Assembly: GCF_006345805.1 (NCBI RefSeq)
Contig: NC_043013.1
Location: 57,288,001-57,352,000, forward strand
Direction of reading: 5' to 3'
DNA length: 64,000 nt
Source of the DNA: Octopus sinensis
Taxonomy: Eukaryota
Below are positions 40,381 to 54,600 of the stretch, one piece after another. The translations under genes were made by a program, and so were the position numbers. The notes beneath the pieces were generated by a model, which was not told the origin of the DNA, searched no databases, and was given only the letters and a program-made list of their open reading frames with translations. Position 1 is the first letter of the stretch. Every line of letters starts with the position of its first letter.

Positions 40381-41754
40381 ATCATCATAATCATCACCAT
40401 TATTGTCATCATCATCATCATCAACAGCAGTATCACTATTGAGATAACTACTGGTAGTTTTTTCTTCTTCTGTACTTGGTGACATTGTCCTATTTGCAGC
40501 CTGGCTCTTGCAGCCAACAGAGTTTTGTCTGTTGGAACCAAGAGTAGAATGGTAATGTCGGCCTTGCCATGGCTTATCACAAACACAAAAGATGAGACGT
40601 TAACCGAACAATTTAAATTATTATCCTAATAATTTATATCAGACATTTTGGCATGCAAGGAGAATTAATATTGATGCTTTCCTTGCTTGCTGTGTTGTCT
40701 TATGTGAGAGAATACGACGTGAACAACAACAACAGCAACAACATCCAGGGACAAACACACAACAAAAACAGTTATTCTTGAAAGAAATATCAATTTAACA
40801 CAGAGTTAGCATCTGTTTCAATCTTTGTGAATCATAATTGTAGACGTTAATATCAGGCTAGTAATTCTTCCTTGACATATTTGTTTATAACACTCAGGCA
40901 AGTGAATTAAGCATTAAAATCAAATAATAATTATAAAAAAGAAACATCATTGAAACAAGAAAATTTTATTCAATATTATCTGTTTTTAATTTTTATTCTC
41001 TTTTAATTATTTTCCATTTTATATTTCATTTTCCAGCTCAAAAATAATTCCCTACAGCATAGCTTCAATATATATAAGAAATTGAATATATATAATGTTT
41101 AATTCAGACTATTTGATGACAATTAATCTAATGGAGATTTTTTGATTTATATTTATCAGAAAATTAGTTCTAATTGCCTCTTTCTGATAACCCATCTGAT
41201 ACCCATAATTAAAAGTCAATGATTAGTTATATCCAGGCATTATTCAATATTTAATGAACATAAAAAATAGTCTAAGGAGTATTTTGTGTTTTTGCCTCTT
41301 TTTATATACATCTATGTATATATTGCAATTAACTTCTCTGTTCTTTCTTCTCTAAAACTGGAATAATGACGACAGATTAATTGCTTCTCCAAGAAGTTCA
41401 ACCTTAAAGAAAAAGTCAATCAAGAAAATTACATTGTGATCAATATAGAAGATTGTGGAATGACAAAACTAGAAATCTTTTCAAAAAAGAATCATCTTTA
41501 AAACATTGTGCTCAAGGAATTTATTGAAAAACCAAATAATGGTAAAACAAAGTAAAAACTTAATTTCTTATCAAAATAAATCTGTCAGAACATTTCACTG
41601 AATGGAATATATTTCAAGAAATATATTATAATCACCTGAGTAATACCTTTTCCTAATGAGTATTTGATATTGATTTGATATTTCATAAGAAGTTCTATGC
41701 TGCTTTTTTTCTTCCTTTTTTTTTTTCTGAGCCTCCATTATGAACATGGCTATA

Positions 41755-41798
41755 ATAACCACAACAACAACAACAACAACAACAACAATAACAATAAC

Positions 41799-41855
<57 letters not shown>

Positions 41856-41860
41856 AATTC
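41755..41860. repeat. (CAA)n(TAA)n compound microsatellite
   Basis: Directly visible. Confidence 0.9.
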
Positions 41861-43189
41861 AACAATGATTACTGTTTCAAAGAATTTTTTCCTGATTTTG
41901 ATTATACAGGGAATGGTTTTAGAATGCTGGCTTCTTACATCATTTCATGACTGACTTATCAGGAAAAATAAATCATTTTCAGATCTTCTCCTCATATAGC
42001 CAAGAGAACAACAACAACAATAACAACAACAACAACAGTAGCAGCAGCAGCAGCAACAACAATAACAACAACAGCAGCAGCAACAACAATAACAACAACA
42101 ACAACAAAAATAATGACTAAAAACTTTGATCGTTTATAGAATTTCTATTGAGATAAAATATAGCAAAGATATTTTTAGAGAGAATAAATTTAGATTCGGA
42201 GCGTTTCATTGCCTGCTATAATTAAAGGCAAGATATTTTGTAAATCAAAAATGTGATTGGTTTCTCCGGATTGAAGAGGACATCTGTCATGAGGAACAGC
42301 ACATTAACGCAGCACTCTTTACAATCAACTCCCTGCATAAACACGAAATATAAAATATTCATAGATTATAATTTTCCAGTGTATTAACCTCATGTTCTGA
42401 CTCTCTATTTACATTCTTTATAGCTGTGTGCTATGTTTAGATCAGTTCAATTAAGGATGATTGTCATCAGGTGTCTTATTCCTGGCTGTGAACTTAATCT
42501 CTGAATCAATTTGTATTGGGAAACATTGTTTGCAAACTGAAAGTGGATGAGAAGAATGTTTTTGTTGGTTTTGAACATAAAGGTTTTGAGATCAAATTAA
42601 ATGTGGGATCATATATAAATCTAGGAATAACATAACTGGGGACAAGTTGCTGATCAAACAGATTAAAACAATTAAAATCAATAAAATCACCACCACCACC
42701 ACCACTACTACTCTCTTCCTCCCTTGTCAACTCCTCTCTGCTTCATCCTCCTCTCCATCTCTTTCTTCTCTTTTTCGTCCTTCCCCTCCTCTTAGACCTC
42801 CTCCTCCTCGTCCCAGTCCTTGTCCTCCTCCTCCTCCTCACCATCAACAGCAACAGCATCATTCTACATACTTTCTAGCCTGACATGGGTTGAATGCACC
42901 CTTGCAGTCCAAGTCGGTTTCTATTCTGAGCCACTGCCCTTCTCAGTAGAAGTTATCTTTATTTTTAAAATGCTCCCATACCAGAACCCCTAAACTGGAT
43001 GGTAAATGGATGATGGTGATGACAACAAGGACAATGACAATGATGATGATGATTATAATGGTTATGTCCATGCTTTTGAGACAAAAGTTAACAGCGTTTA
43101 ATTAATCTAACTATAGATACATATTATAAATCCATATGTGTGTGTGTGTGTGTGCATGCAGATACAATAAGCACTAAAAATGCACAGAA

Positions 43190-44012
43190 AGTAGACTCTC
43201 TCAAATGCTCTCGGGGATGATTAGGAGTAGTAGACAGCTTCTGTTACCAAGGAGATCAAGTTAGCAGGGGATGAAGAAGTTCTGAAAGTGTAGGCTGGGA
43301 AAAGTTGAGAGAGCTTCTACCTTTGTTGGTAACTAAGGGCCTCTCCTTCCGAGTGAAAGGCAGATTGCATAATGCCTCTATATGCACAGCTATGATAAAT
43401 AGCAGTGAAACATGGGCTTTGGCTACAGAGGACTTGTGAAGGCTTGAAAGAAATGAAGCTAGCATGCTCCACTGGATGGGTAATGTCAGTGTGAGAGGCA
43501 TGGCCGAGTGTAAATGATTTAAGAGGAAAACTGGATATGAGAGGCATCAGATGTTATGTGCCAGTGAGAAGACTGTGCTGGTTTGGTCATGTGATGCGTA
43601 TGGATGAGGAGAGCTACGTAAAGAAGTGCTGAGCTCTAATTGTGGAGGGGTACCTGTGGATGAAATGGTGATAAAGGATCTTTGGATGCAGGGTTTCACT
43701 AGGGAAATGTCAAGAGACCAGGAGGTGCAGCAATTTGCTGTGCTTTATAAGACACATCAGGCTGAATAAAACTGTTGTCTGCCACTCATACAGGCTTGTC
43801 CTTTCAGGTGCCAATGCCACTTAAAATGCACCCATGCTGGTGTTGCAGAAACACACCTGTGCCAGTGACATGTAAAAAGCACCCAGGAGGGGCACCCAGG
43901 CATAAAACCCATGTCACAACAGACAGTTGGAGTCTGAACAGCTCCCTATCAAACTGTCCAACTCATGCCAGCGTGGAAAGTGGACGTTAAACGATAATGA
44001 TGATGGTGAGGA
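43190..44012 (+). mobile_element. Decayed RTE LINE 3' fragment with tail
   Basis: VVDSFCYQGDQ, GWEKLRELLPLLVTKGLSFRVKGRL..., SSETWAL, RLERNEASML; tail CCAACTCATGCCAGCGTGGAAAGTGGACGTTAAACGATAATGATG. Confidence 0.8.
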
Positions 44013-44413
44013 GGATATCCATACAAGCACACATATATAATAAACACACACACATACATCCACAGATACGCATGCACACATGCATATCATCATTAATGTC
44101 CACTTTCCATGCTGCCATGGAGGCAAATAAACAAAAGAAGGCATAAAATATAAAACATAAAATAGATTCTTGAACAATGTAAGCAAAAAGCGTTAAGAAA
44201 CAGTCACAGCCTGACAATTGTTTCAGTCACCTGAGCAGTACTCTGTGATGTCTATACCACCACACTTACTTTGCATTCTCCTACACAACATTTACACACA
44301 CACACATATATATTTTACTTCTTAGTACATATATATAAATAATCTGAAGGATATTACCAAGCCCTTCTTTGGGCTCCAATGATTTGATTTCATGTTTTAT
44401 GCCAGTCAACAAC

Positions 44414-44687
44414 AGAACTAATGTTTGTCACCACTTCAACATGGCTGTTCTGTACAAACCAACGTTACTACAATTTTTAACCCCAAGAGAAAGCCTCCAC
44501 TAGCTGGTTATGAGAGTGAACCCCTGGCACCTTCTAGTGACAGGGGTTTTCTCCCCTGCTTGCAATATATGATGGGTGCAGAATGCCTTGATGACCAGCC
44601 GGAGGACGCATCCTCTTGGTGTTAAAATGGTAGTAATGTTGGTTCATATGGAGCAGACATGTTAAGATGGTGACAAACCTTACTTCT
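44414..44687. mobile_element. MITE-like foldback element with nested hairpin
   Basis: TTTGTCACCA...CCCCAAGAG..CCTCC..CTGGTTA is inverted at TGACCAG..GGAGG..CTCTTGGTG...TGGTGACAAA; internal AACCCCTG/CAGGGGTT stem. Confidence 0.6.
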
Positions 44688-45140
44688 CAGTAGAGTTACT
44701 ACTCCCATCTTTTATTGAGATTTCCTAACAAGCAACTTTGCTTCTAACAACAGAACTATCATCTATTATTCATCATTTGTTTCACTGTGAATTTATGAAC
44801 ATCTTTGAAACTGAAAGGTATTATTTAAATACTTCTAAAGTAAATTATATATATTTAGCAAATTTCATTATGTGTAAGATTGTCAAATAAACCAATGTTT
44901 GCTAACATATCCACTGAAATTTGTAAATCTTTACACGAAAGTTTCAATAAGACAGTAATAAAGATTTCAATATAAACATGCCAGCAATGTGAAATTACTT
45001 TGGCAATTCCTCCAACTCTGTTTTGAGATTGTTCTTTGTGTGAATGATGTCTTCAAATTATGGAATTTCTAAACAATCTTAATTTTTCTTCAGTAACCTG
45101 TACAATCCATTACTTTACAATATGACATATACATATACAT

Positions 45141-45192
<52 letters not shown>

Positions 45193-45193
<1 letters not shown>

Positions 45194-45530
45194 CATCATC
45201 ATCATCGCTTAATGTCCGTTTTCCATGCTGACATGGGTTGGATGGTTTGACTGGGGAAGTCAGGAGGCTGCACCAGGCTCCAGTCTGATCTGGTAGTGTT
45301 TCTACATCTGGATGCCCTTCCTAATGCCAACCATTTCAAGAGTGTAGTGGGTGATTTTTACGTGCCACCAGCACAGGGGCTAGAGGAGGCTGGCAACGAC
45401 CATGATCGGCTGGTGCTTTTTATGTGCCACTGGCATGGAAGCCAGTCAAGGTGGCGTTGGCATCGGCCACGTTCAGATGGTGCGTTTTACTTGCCACCAG
45501 CACGGGGATCACAACCACAACTTCCATTTG
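45193..45530 (-). mobile_element. RTE-tail type short repeat ending in (TGA)n
   Basis: Reverse complement of GGAAGGGCATCCAG...CCAACCCATGTCAGCATGGAAAACGGACATTAAGCGATGATGATG. Confidence 0.7.
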
Positions 45531-45643
45531 ATTATGCTTTTGATGTACTCAACTCAAAAGGTCTCCTCATGCACACACACCACACACACACACATGCGTG
45601 TGTGTGTGTTGTGATTTATTCACTGCTCCTTCAGTATGTGTCA

Positions 45644-48600
45644 TTATGCTTATGATGCTTATGATGCTTATGATGCTTATGATGCTTATGATGCTTATGA
45701 TGCTTATGATGCTTATGATGCTTATGATGCTTATGATGCTTATGATGCTTATGATGCTTATGATGCTTATGAGGCTTATGAGGCTTATGAGGCTTATGAT
45801 GCTTATGATGCTTATGATGCTTATGATGCTTATGATGCTTATGATGCTTATGAGGCTTATGATGCTTATGATGCTTATGATGCTTATGATGCTTATGATG
45901 CTTATGAGGCTTATGATGCTTATGAGGCTTATGATGCTTATGATGCTTATGAGGCTTATGATGCTTATGATGCTTATGATGCTTATGATGCTTATGATGC
46001 TTATGATGCTTATGATGCTTATGATGCTTATGAGGCTTATGATGCTTATGATGCTTATGATGCTTATAATGCTTATGATGCTTATGATGCTTATGATGCT
46101 TATGATGCTTATGAGGCTTATGATGCTTATGATGGCTTATGATGCTTATGATGCTTATGAGCTGCTTATGATGCTTATGATGCTTATGATGCTTATGATG
46201 CTTATGATGCTTATGATGCTTATGATGCTTATGATGCTTATGATGCTTATGAGGCTTATGATGCTTATGATGCTTATGATGCTTATGATGCTTATGATGC
46301 TATGATGCTTATGATGCTTCATGATGCTTATGATGCTTATGAGGCTTATGAAGCTTATGAGGCTTATGATGCTTATGATGCTTATGAGGCTTATGATGCT
46401 TATGATGCTTATGATGCTTATGATGCTTATGATGCTTATGAGGCTTATGATGCTTATGAGGCTTATGATGCTTATGATGCTTATGAGGCTTATGATGCTT
46501 ATGATGCTTATGATGCTTATGATGCTTATGATGCTTATGATGCTTATGAGGCTTATGATGCTTATGATGCTTATGATGCTTATGATGCTTATGATGCTTA
46601 TGATGCTTATGATGCTTATGAGGCTTATGATGCTTATGAGGCTTATGATGCTTATGATGCTTATGAGGCTTATGATGTATGATGCTTATGATGCTTATGA
46701 TGCTTATGAGGCTTATGATGCTTATGAGGCTTATGATGCTTATGATGCTTATGATGCTTATGAGGCTTATGATGCTTATGATGCTTATGATGCTTATGAT
46801 GCTATGATCTTATGATGCTTATGATGCTTATGATGCTTATGAGGCTTATGATGCTATGATGCTTATGATGCTTTGATGCTTATGATGCTTATGATGCTTA
46901 TGAGGCTTATGAGGCTTATGATGCTTATGATGCTTATGATGCTTATGATGCTTATGATGCTTATGAGGCTTATGATGCTTATGATGCTTATGATGCTTAT
47001 GATGCTTATGATGCTTATGATGCTTATGAGGCTTATGATGCTTATGAGGCTTATGATGCTTATGATGCTTATGAGGCTTATGATGCTTATGATGCTTATG
47101 ATGCTTATGATGCTTATGAGGCTTATGATGCTTATGAGGCTTATGATGCTTATGATGCTTATGATGCTTATGATGCTTATGATGCTTATGATGCTTATGA
47201 TGCTTATGATGTTATGATGCTTATGATGCTTATGATGCTTATGATGCTTATGAGGCTTATGATGCTTATGAGGCTTATGATGCTTATGATGCTTATGAGG
47301 CTTATGATGCTTATGATGCTTATGATGCTTATGATGCTTATGATGCTTATGAGGCTTATGATGCTTATGAGGCTTCTGATGCTTATGATGCTTATGAGGC
47401 TTATGATGCTTATGATGCTTATGATGCTTATGATGCTTATGATGCTTATGATGCTTATGATGCTTATGATGCTTATGAGGCTTATGATGCTTATGATGCT
47501 TATGATGCTTATAATGCTTATGATGCTTATGATGCTTATGATGCTTATGATGCTTATGAGGCTTATGATGCTTATGAGGCTTATGATGCTTATGATGCTT
47601 ATGAGGCTTATGATGCTTATGATGCTTATGATGCTTATGATGCTTATGATGCTTATGATGCTTATGATGCTTATGATGCTTATGAGGCTTATGAAGCTTA
47701 TGAGGCTTATGATGCTTATGATGCTTATGAGGCTTATGATGCTTATGATTATGATGCTTATGATGTATGATGCTTATGATGCTTATGAGGCTTATGATGC
47801 TTATGAGGCTATGATGCTTATGATGCTTATGAGGCTTATGATGCTTATGATGCTTATGATGCTTATGATGCTTATGATGCTTATGATGCTTATGAGGCTT
47901 ATGATGCTTATGATGCTTATGATGCTTATGATGCTTATGATGCTTATGATGCTTATGATGCTTATGAGGCTTATGATGCTTATGAGGCTTATGATGCTTA
48001 TGATGCTTATGAGGCTTATGATGCTTATGATGCTTATGATGCTTATGATGCTTATGAGGCTTATGATGCTTATGAGGCTTATGATGCTTATGATGCTTAT
48101 GATGCTTATGAGGCTTATGATGTTTATGATGCTTATGATGCTTATGATGCTTATGATGCTTATGATGCTTATGATGCTTATGAGGCTTATGATGCTTATG
48201 ATGCTTATGATGCTTATGATGCTTATGATGCTTATGATGCTTATGATGCTTATGATGCTTATGAGGCTTATGATGCTTATGATGCTTATGAGGCTTATGA
48301 TGCTTATGATGCTTATGATGCTTATGATGCTTATGATGCTTATGAGGCTTATGATGCTTTTGATGCTTATGATGATTATGATGCTTATGATGCTTATGAT
48401 GCTTATGATGCTTATGAGGCTTATGATGCTTATGAGGCTTATGATGCTTATGATGCTTATGAGGCTTATGATGCTTATTGCTTATGATGCTTATGAGGCT
48501 TATGATGCTTATGATGCTTATGATGCTTATGATGCTTATGATGCTTATGAGGCTTATGATGCTTATGATGCTTATGATGCTTATGATGCTTATGATGCTT

Positions 48601-51600
48601 ATGATGCTTATGATGCTTATGAGCTTATGATGCTTATGATGCTTATGATGCTTATGAGGCTTATGATGCTTATGATGCTTATGATGCTATGATGCTTATG
48701 ATGCTTATGATGCTTATGAGGCTTATGATGCTTATGATGCTTATGATGCTTATGATGCTTATGATGCTTATGATGCTTATGATGCTTATGATGCTTATGA
48801 TGCTTATGATGCTTATGAGGCTTATGATGCTTATGATGCTTATGATGCTTATGAGGCTTATGATGCTTATGATGCTTATGATGCTTATGATGCTTATGAT
48901 GCTTATGATGCTTATGATGCTTATGAGGCTTATGATGCTTATGATGCTTATGATGCTTATGAGGCTTATGATGCTTATGATGCTTATGATGCTTATGATG
49001 CTTATGATGCTTATGATGCTTATGATGCTTATGAGGCTTATGATGCTTATGAGGCTTATGATGCTTATGATGCTTATGAGGCTTATGAGGCTTATGATGC
49101 TTATGATGCTTATGATGCTTATAATGCTTATGATGCTTATGAGGCATATGATGCTTATGAGGCTTATGATGCTTATGATGCTTATGAGGCTTATGAGGCT
49201 TATGATGCTTATGATGCTTATGAGGCTTAAGATGCTTATGATGCTTATGATGCTTATGATGCTTATGATGCTTATGAGGCTTATGATGCTTATGATGCTT
49301 ATGATGCTTATGATGCTTATGATGCTTATGATGCTTATGATGCTTATTTTTTATGATGCTTATGAGGCTTATGATGCTTATGATGCTTATGATGCTTATG
49401 ATGCTTATGATGCTTATGATGCTTATGATGCTTATGATGCTTATGATGCTTATGATGCTTATGAGGCTTATGAGGCTTATGATGCTTATGATGCTTATGG
49501 ATGGCTTATGATGCTTATGATGCTTATGATGCTTATGATGCTTATGATGCTTATGATGCTTATGATGCTTATGATGCTTATGATGCTTATGATGCTTATG
49601 ATGCTTATGATGCTTATGATGCTTATGATGCTTATGATGCTTATGATGCTTATGATGCTTATATGATGCTTATGATGCTTATGAGGCTTATGATGCTTAT
49701 GATGCTTATGATGCTTATGAGGCTTATGATGCTTATGATGCTTATGATGCTTATGAGGCTTATGATGCTTATGATGCTTATGATGCTTATGATGCTTATG
49801 ATGCTTATGAGGCTTATGAGGCTTATGATGCTTATGATGCTTATGAGCTTATGATGCTTATGATGCTTATGATGCTTATGATGCTTATGATGCTTATGAT
49901 GCTTATGAGGCTTATGATGCTTATGATGCTTATGATTGATTATGATGCTTATGATGCTTATGATGCTTATGATGCTTATGAGGCTTATGATGCTTATGAT
50001 GCTTATGATGCTTATGAGGCTTATGATGCTTATGATGCTTATGAGGCTTATGATGCTTATGATGCTTATGATGCTTATGATGCTTATGATGCTTATGATG
50101 CTTATGATGCTTATGAGGCTTATGAGGCTTATGAGGCTTATGATGCTTATGATGCTTATGATGCTTATGATGCTTATGAGGCTTATGAGGCTTATGATGC
50201 TTATGATGCTTATGATGCTAATGAGGCTTATGATGCTTATGATGCTTATGATGCTTATGATGCTTATGATGCTTATGATGATTTTATGATGCTTATGCTT
50301 ATGATGCTTATGAGGCTTATGATGCTTATGATGCTTATGATGCTTATGATGCTTATGATGCTTATGAGGCTTATGATGCTTATGATGCTTATGATGCTTA
50401 TGATGCTTATGATGCTTATGATGCTTATGATGCTTATGATGCTTATGATGCTTATGATGCTTATGATGCTTATGATGCTTATGAGGCTTATGATGCTTAT
50501 GATGCTTATGATGCTTATGATGCTTATGATGCTTATGATGCTTATGAGGCTTATGAGGCTTATGATGCTTATGAGGCTTATGATGCTTATGATGCTTATG
50601 AGGCTTATGATGCTTATGATGCTTATGGTGCTTATGAGGCTTATGATGCTTATGATGCTTATGATGCTTATGATGCTTATGATGCTTATGATGCTTATGA
50701 TGCTTATGAGGCTTATGATGCTTATGAGGCTTATGATGCTTATGATGCTTATGAGGCTTATGATGCTTATGATGCTTATGATGCTTATGATGCTTATGAT
50801 GCTTATGATGCTTATGATGCTTATGAGACTTATGATGCTTATGAGGCTTATGAGGCTTATGATGCTTATGATGCTTATGATGCTTATGAGGCTTATGAGG
50901 CTTATGATGCTTATGATGCTTATGAGGCCTATGATGCTTATGATGCTTATGATGCTTATGATGCTTATGATGCTTATGATGCTTATGATGCTTATGAGGC
51001 TTATGATGCTTATGATGCTTATGATGCTTATGATGCTTATGAGGCTTATGATGCTTATGAGGCTTATGATGCTTATGAGGCTTATGATGCTTATGAGGCT
51101 TATGATGCTTATGATGCTTATGATGCTTATGATGCTTATGATGCTTATGAGGCTTATGATGCTTATGATGCTTATGATGCTTATGATGCTTATGATTCTT
51201 ATGAGGCTTATGATGCTTATGATGCTTATGATGCTTATGAGGCTTATGATGCTTATGAGGCTTATGATGCTTATGATGCTTATGATGCTTATGATGCTTA
51301 TGATGCTTATGAGGCTTATGATGCTTATGATGCTTATGAGGCTTATGAGGCTTATGATGCTTATGATGCTTATGATGCTTATGATGCTTATGAGGCTTAT
51401 GATGCTTGATGATGCTTATGATGCTTATGAGCTTATGATGCTTATGAGGCTTATGATGCTTATGATGCTTATGATGCTTATGATGCTTATGATGCTTATG
51501 ATGCTTATGAGGCTTATGATGCTTATGATGCTTATGATGCTTATGATGCTTATGATGCTTATGATGCTTATGATGCTTATGATGCTTATGAGGCTTATGA

Positions 51601-54600
51601 GGCTTATGATGCTTATGATGCTTATGATGCTTATGAGGCTTATGATGCTTATGATCCTTATGATGCTTATGATGCTTATGAGGCTTATGATGCTTATGAG
51701 ACTTATGAGGCTTATGATGCTTATGATGCTTATGATGCTTATGAGGCTTATGAGGCTTATGATGCTTATGATGCTTATGAGGCTTATGATGCTTATGATG
51801 CTTTTGATGCTTATGATGCTTATGATGCTTATGATGCTTATGATGCGTATGAGGCTTATGATGCTTATGATGCTTATGATGCTTATGATGCTTATGAGGC
51901 TTATGTTGCTTATGAGGCTTATGATGCTTATGAGTCTTATGATTCTTATGAGGCTTATGATGCTTATGATGCTTATGATGCTTATGATGCTTATGATGCT
52001 TATGAGGCTTATGATGCTTATGATGCTTATGATGCTTATGATGCTTATGATGCTTATGAGGCTTATGATGCTTATGATGCTTATGATGCTTATGAGGCTT
52101 ATGATGCTTATGAGGCTTATGATGCTTATGATGCTTATGATGCTTATGATGCTTATGAGGCTTATGATGCTTATGATGCTTATGAGGCTTATGAGGCTTA
52201 TGATGCTTATGATGCTTATGATGCTTATGATGCTTATGATGCTTATGAGGCTTATGATGCTTATGATGCTTATGATGCTTATGATGCTTATGAGCTTATG
52301 ATGCTTATGATGCTTTTCTTGATTTTATGATGCTTATGATTTATGATGATTTATGCTTATGATGCTTATGATGCTTATGATGCTTATGATGCTTATGATG
52401 CTTATGATGCTTATGATGCTTATGATGCTTATGAGGCTTATGATGCTTATGATGCTTATGAGGCTTATGATGCTTATGATGCTTATGAGGCTTATGATGC
52501 TTATGATGCTTATGATGCTTATGATGCTTATGATGCTTATGATGCTTATGAGGCTTATGATGCTTATGATGCTTATGATGCTTATGATGCTTATGATGCT
52601 TATGAGGCTTATGATGCTTATGATGCTTATGATGCTTATGATGCTTATGATGCTTATGATGCTTATGATGCTTATGATGCTTATGATGCTTATGATGCTT
52701 ATGATGCTTATGATGCTTATGAGGCTTATGATGCTTATGATGCTTATGAGGCTTATGATGCTTATGATGCTTATGAGGCTTATGATGCTTATGATGCTTA
52801 TGATGCTTATGATGCTTATGATGCTTATGATGCTTATGAGGCTTATGATGCTTATGAGGCTTATGATGCTTATGATGCTTATGAGGCTTATGATGCTTAT
52901 GATGCTTATGATGCTTATGAGGCTTATGATGCTTATGATGCTTATGATGCTTATGATGCTTATGATGCTTATGATGCTTATGATGCTTATGATGCTTATG
53001 ATGCTTATGATGCTTATGATGCTTATGAGGCTTATGATGCTTATGATGCTTATGATGCTTATGAGGCTTATGATGCTTATGATGCTTATGAGGCTTATGA
53101 TGCTTATGATGCTTATGAGGCTTATGATGCTTATGATGCTTATGATGCTTATGATGCTTATGATGCTTATGATGCTTATGAGGCTTATGATGCTTATGAT
53201 GCTTATGATGCTTATGATGCTTATGATGCTTATGATGCTTATGAGGCTTATGATGCTTATGATGCTTATGATGCTTATGATGCTTATGAGGCTTATGATG
53301 CTTATGAGGCTTATGATGCTTATGATGCTTATGATGCTTATGATGCTTATGATGCTTATGATGCTTATGAGGCTTATGATGCTTATGATGCTTATGATGC
53401 TTATGAGGCTTATGATGCTTATGATGCTTATGATGCTTATGATGCTTATGAGGCTTATGATGCTTATGATGCTTATGATGCTTATGATAATTATGATGCT
53501 TATGATGATTATGATGCTTATGAGGCTTATGATGCTTATGATGCTTATGATGCTTATGAGGCTTATGATGCTTATGATGCTTATGAGGCTTATGATGCTT
53601 ATGATGCTTATGATGCTTATGATGCTTATGATGCTTATGATGCTTATGAGGCTTATGATGCTTATGATGCTTATGAGGCTTATGATGCTTATGAGGCTTA
53701 TGATGCTTATGATGCTTATGAGGCTTATGATGCTTATGATGCTTATGATGCTTATGAGGCTTATGATGCTTATGATGCTTATGAGGCTTATGATGCTTAT
53801 GATGCTTATGATGCTTATGATGCTTATGATGCTTATGATGCTTATGAGGCTTATGATGCTTATGATGCTTATGAGGCTTATGATGCTTATGATGCTTATG
53901 ATGCTTATGAGGCTTATGATGCTTATGATGCTTATGATGCTTATGAGGCTTATGATGCTTATGATGCTTATGATGCTTATGAGGCTTATGATGCTTATGA
54001 TGCTTATGAGGCTTATGATGCTTATGATGCTTATGATGCTTATGATGCTTATGATGCTTATGATGCTTATGTTGCTTATGATGCTTATGAGGCTTATGAT
54101 GCTTATGATGCTTATGATGCTTATTATGCTTATGAGGCTTATGATGCTTATGATGCTTATGATGCTTATGATGCTTATGATGCTTATGATGCTTATGATG
54201 CTTATGAGGCTTATGATGCTTATGAGGCTTATGATGCTTATGATGCTTATGAGGCTTATGAGGCTTATGATGCTTATGTTGCTTATGATGCTTATGATGC
54301 TTATGATGCTTATGATGCTTATGATGCTTATGATGCTTATGATGCTTATGATGCTTATGATGCTTATGATGCTTATGATGCTTATGAGGCTTATGATGCT
54401 TATGATGCTTATGATGCTTATGATGCTTATGATGCTTATGATGCTTATGAGGCTTATGATGCTTATGATGCTTATGATGCTTATGATGCTTATGATGCTT
54501 ATGATGCTTATGAGGCTTATGATGCTTATGATGCTTATGATGCTTATGATGCTTATGAGGCTTATGATGCTTATGATGCTTATGAGGCTTATGATGCTTA

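Noticed and set aside
40440-40590. Minus-strand open stretch PWQGRHYHSTLGSNRQ...
   Set aside because: Weak splice signals, runs into a microsatellite and SINE, and no recognisable homology.
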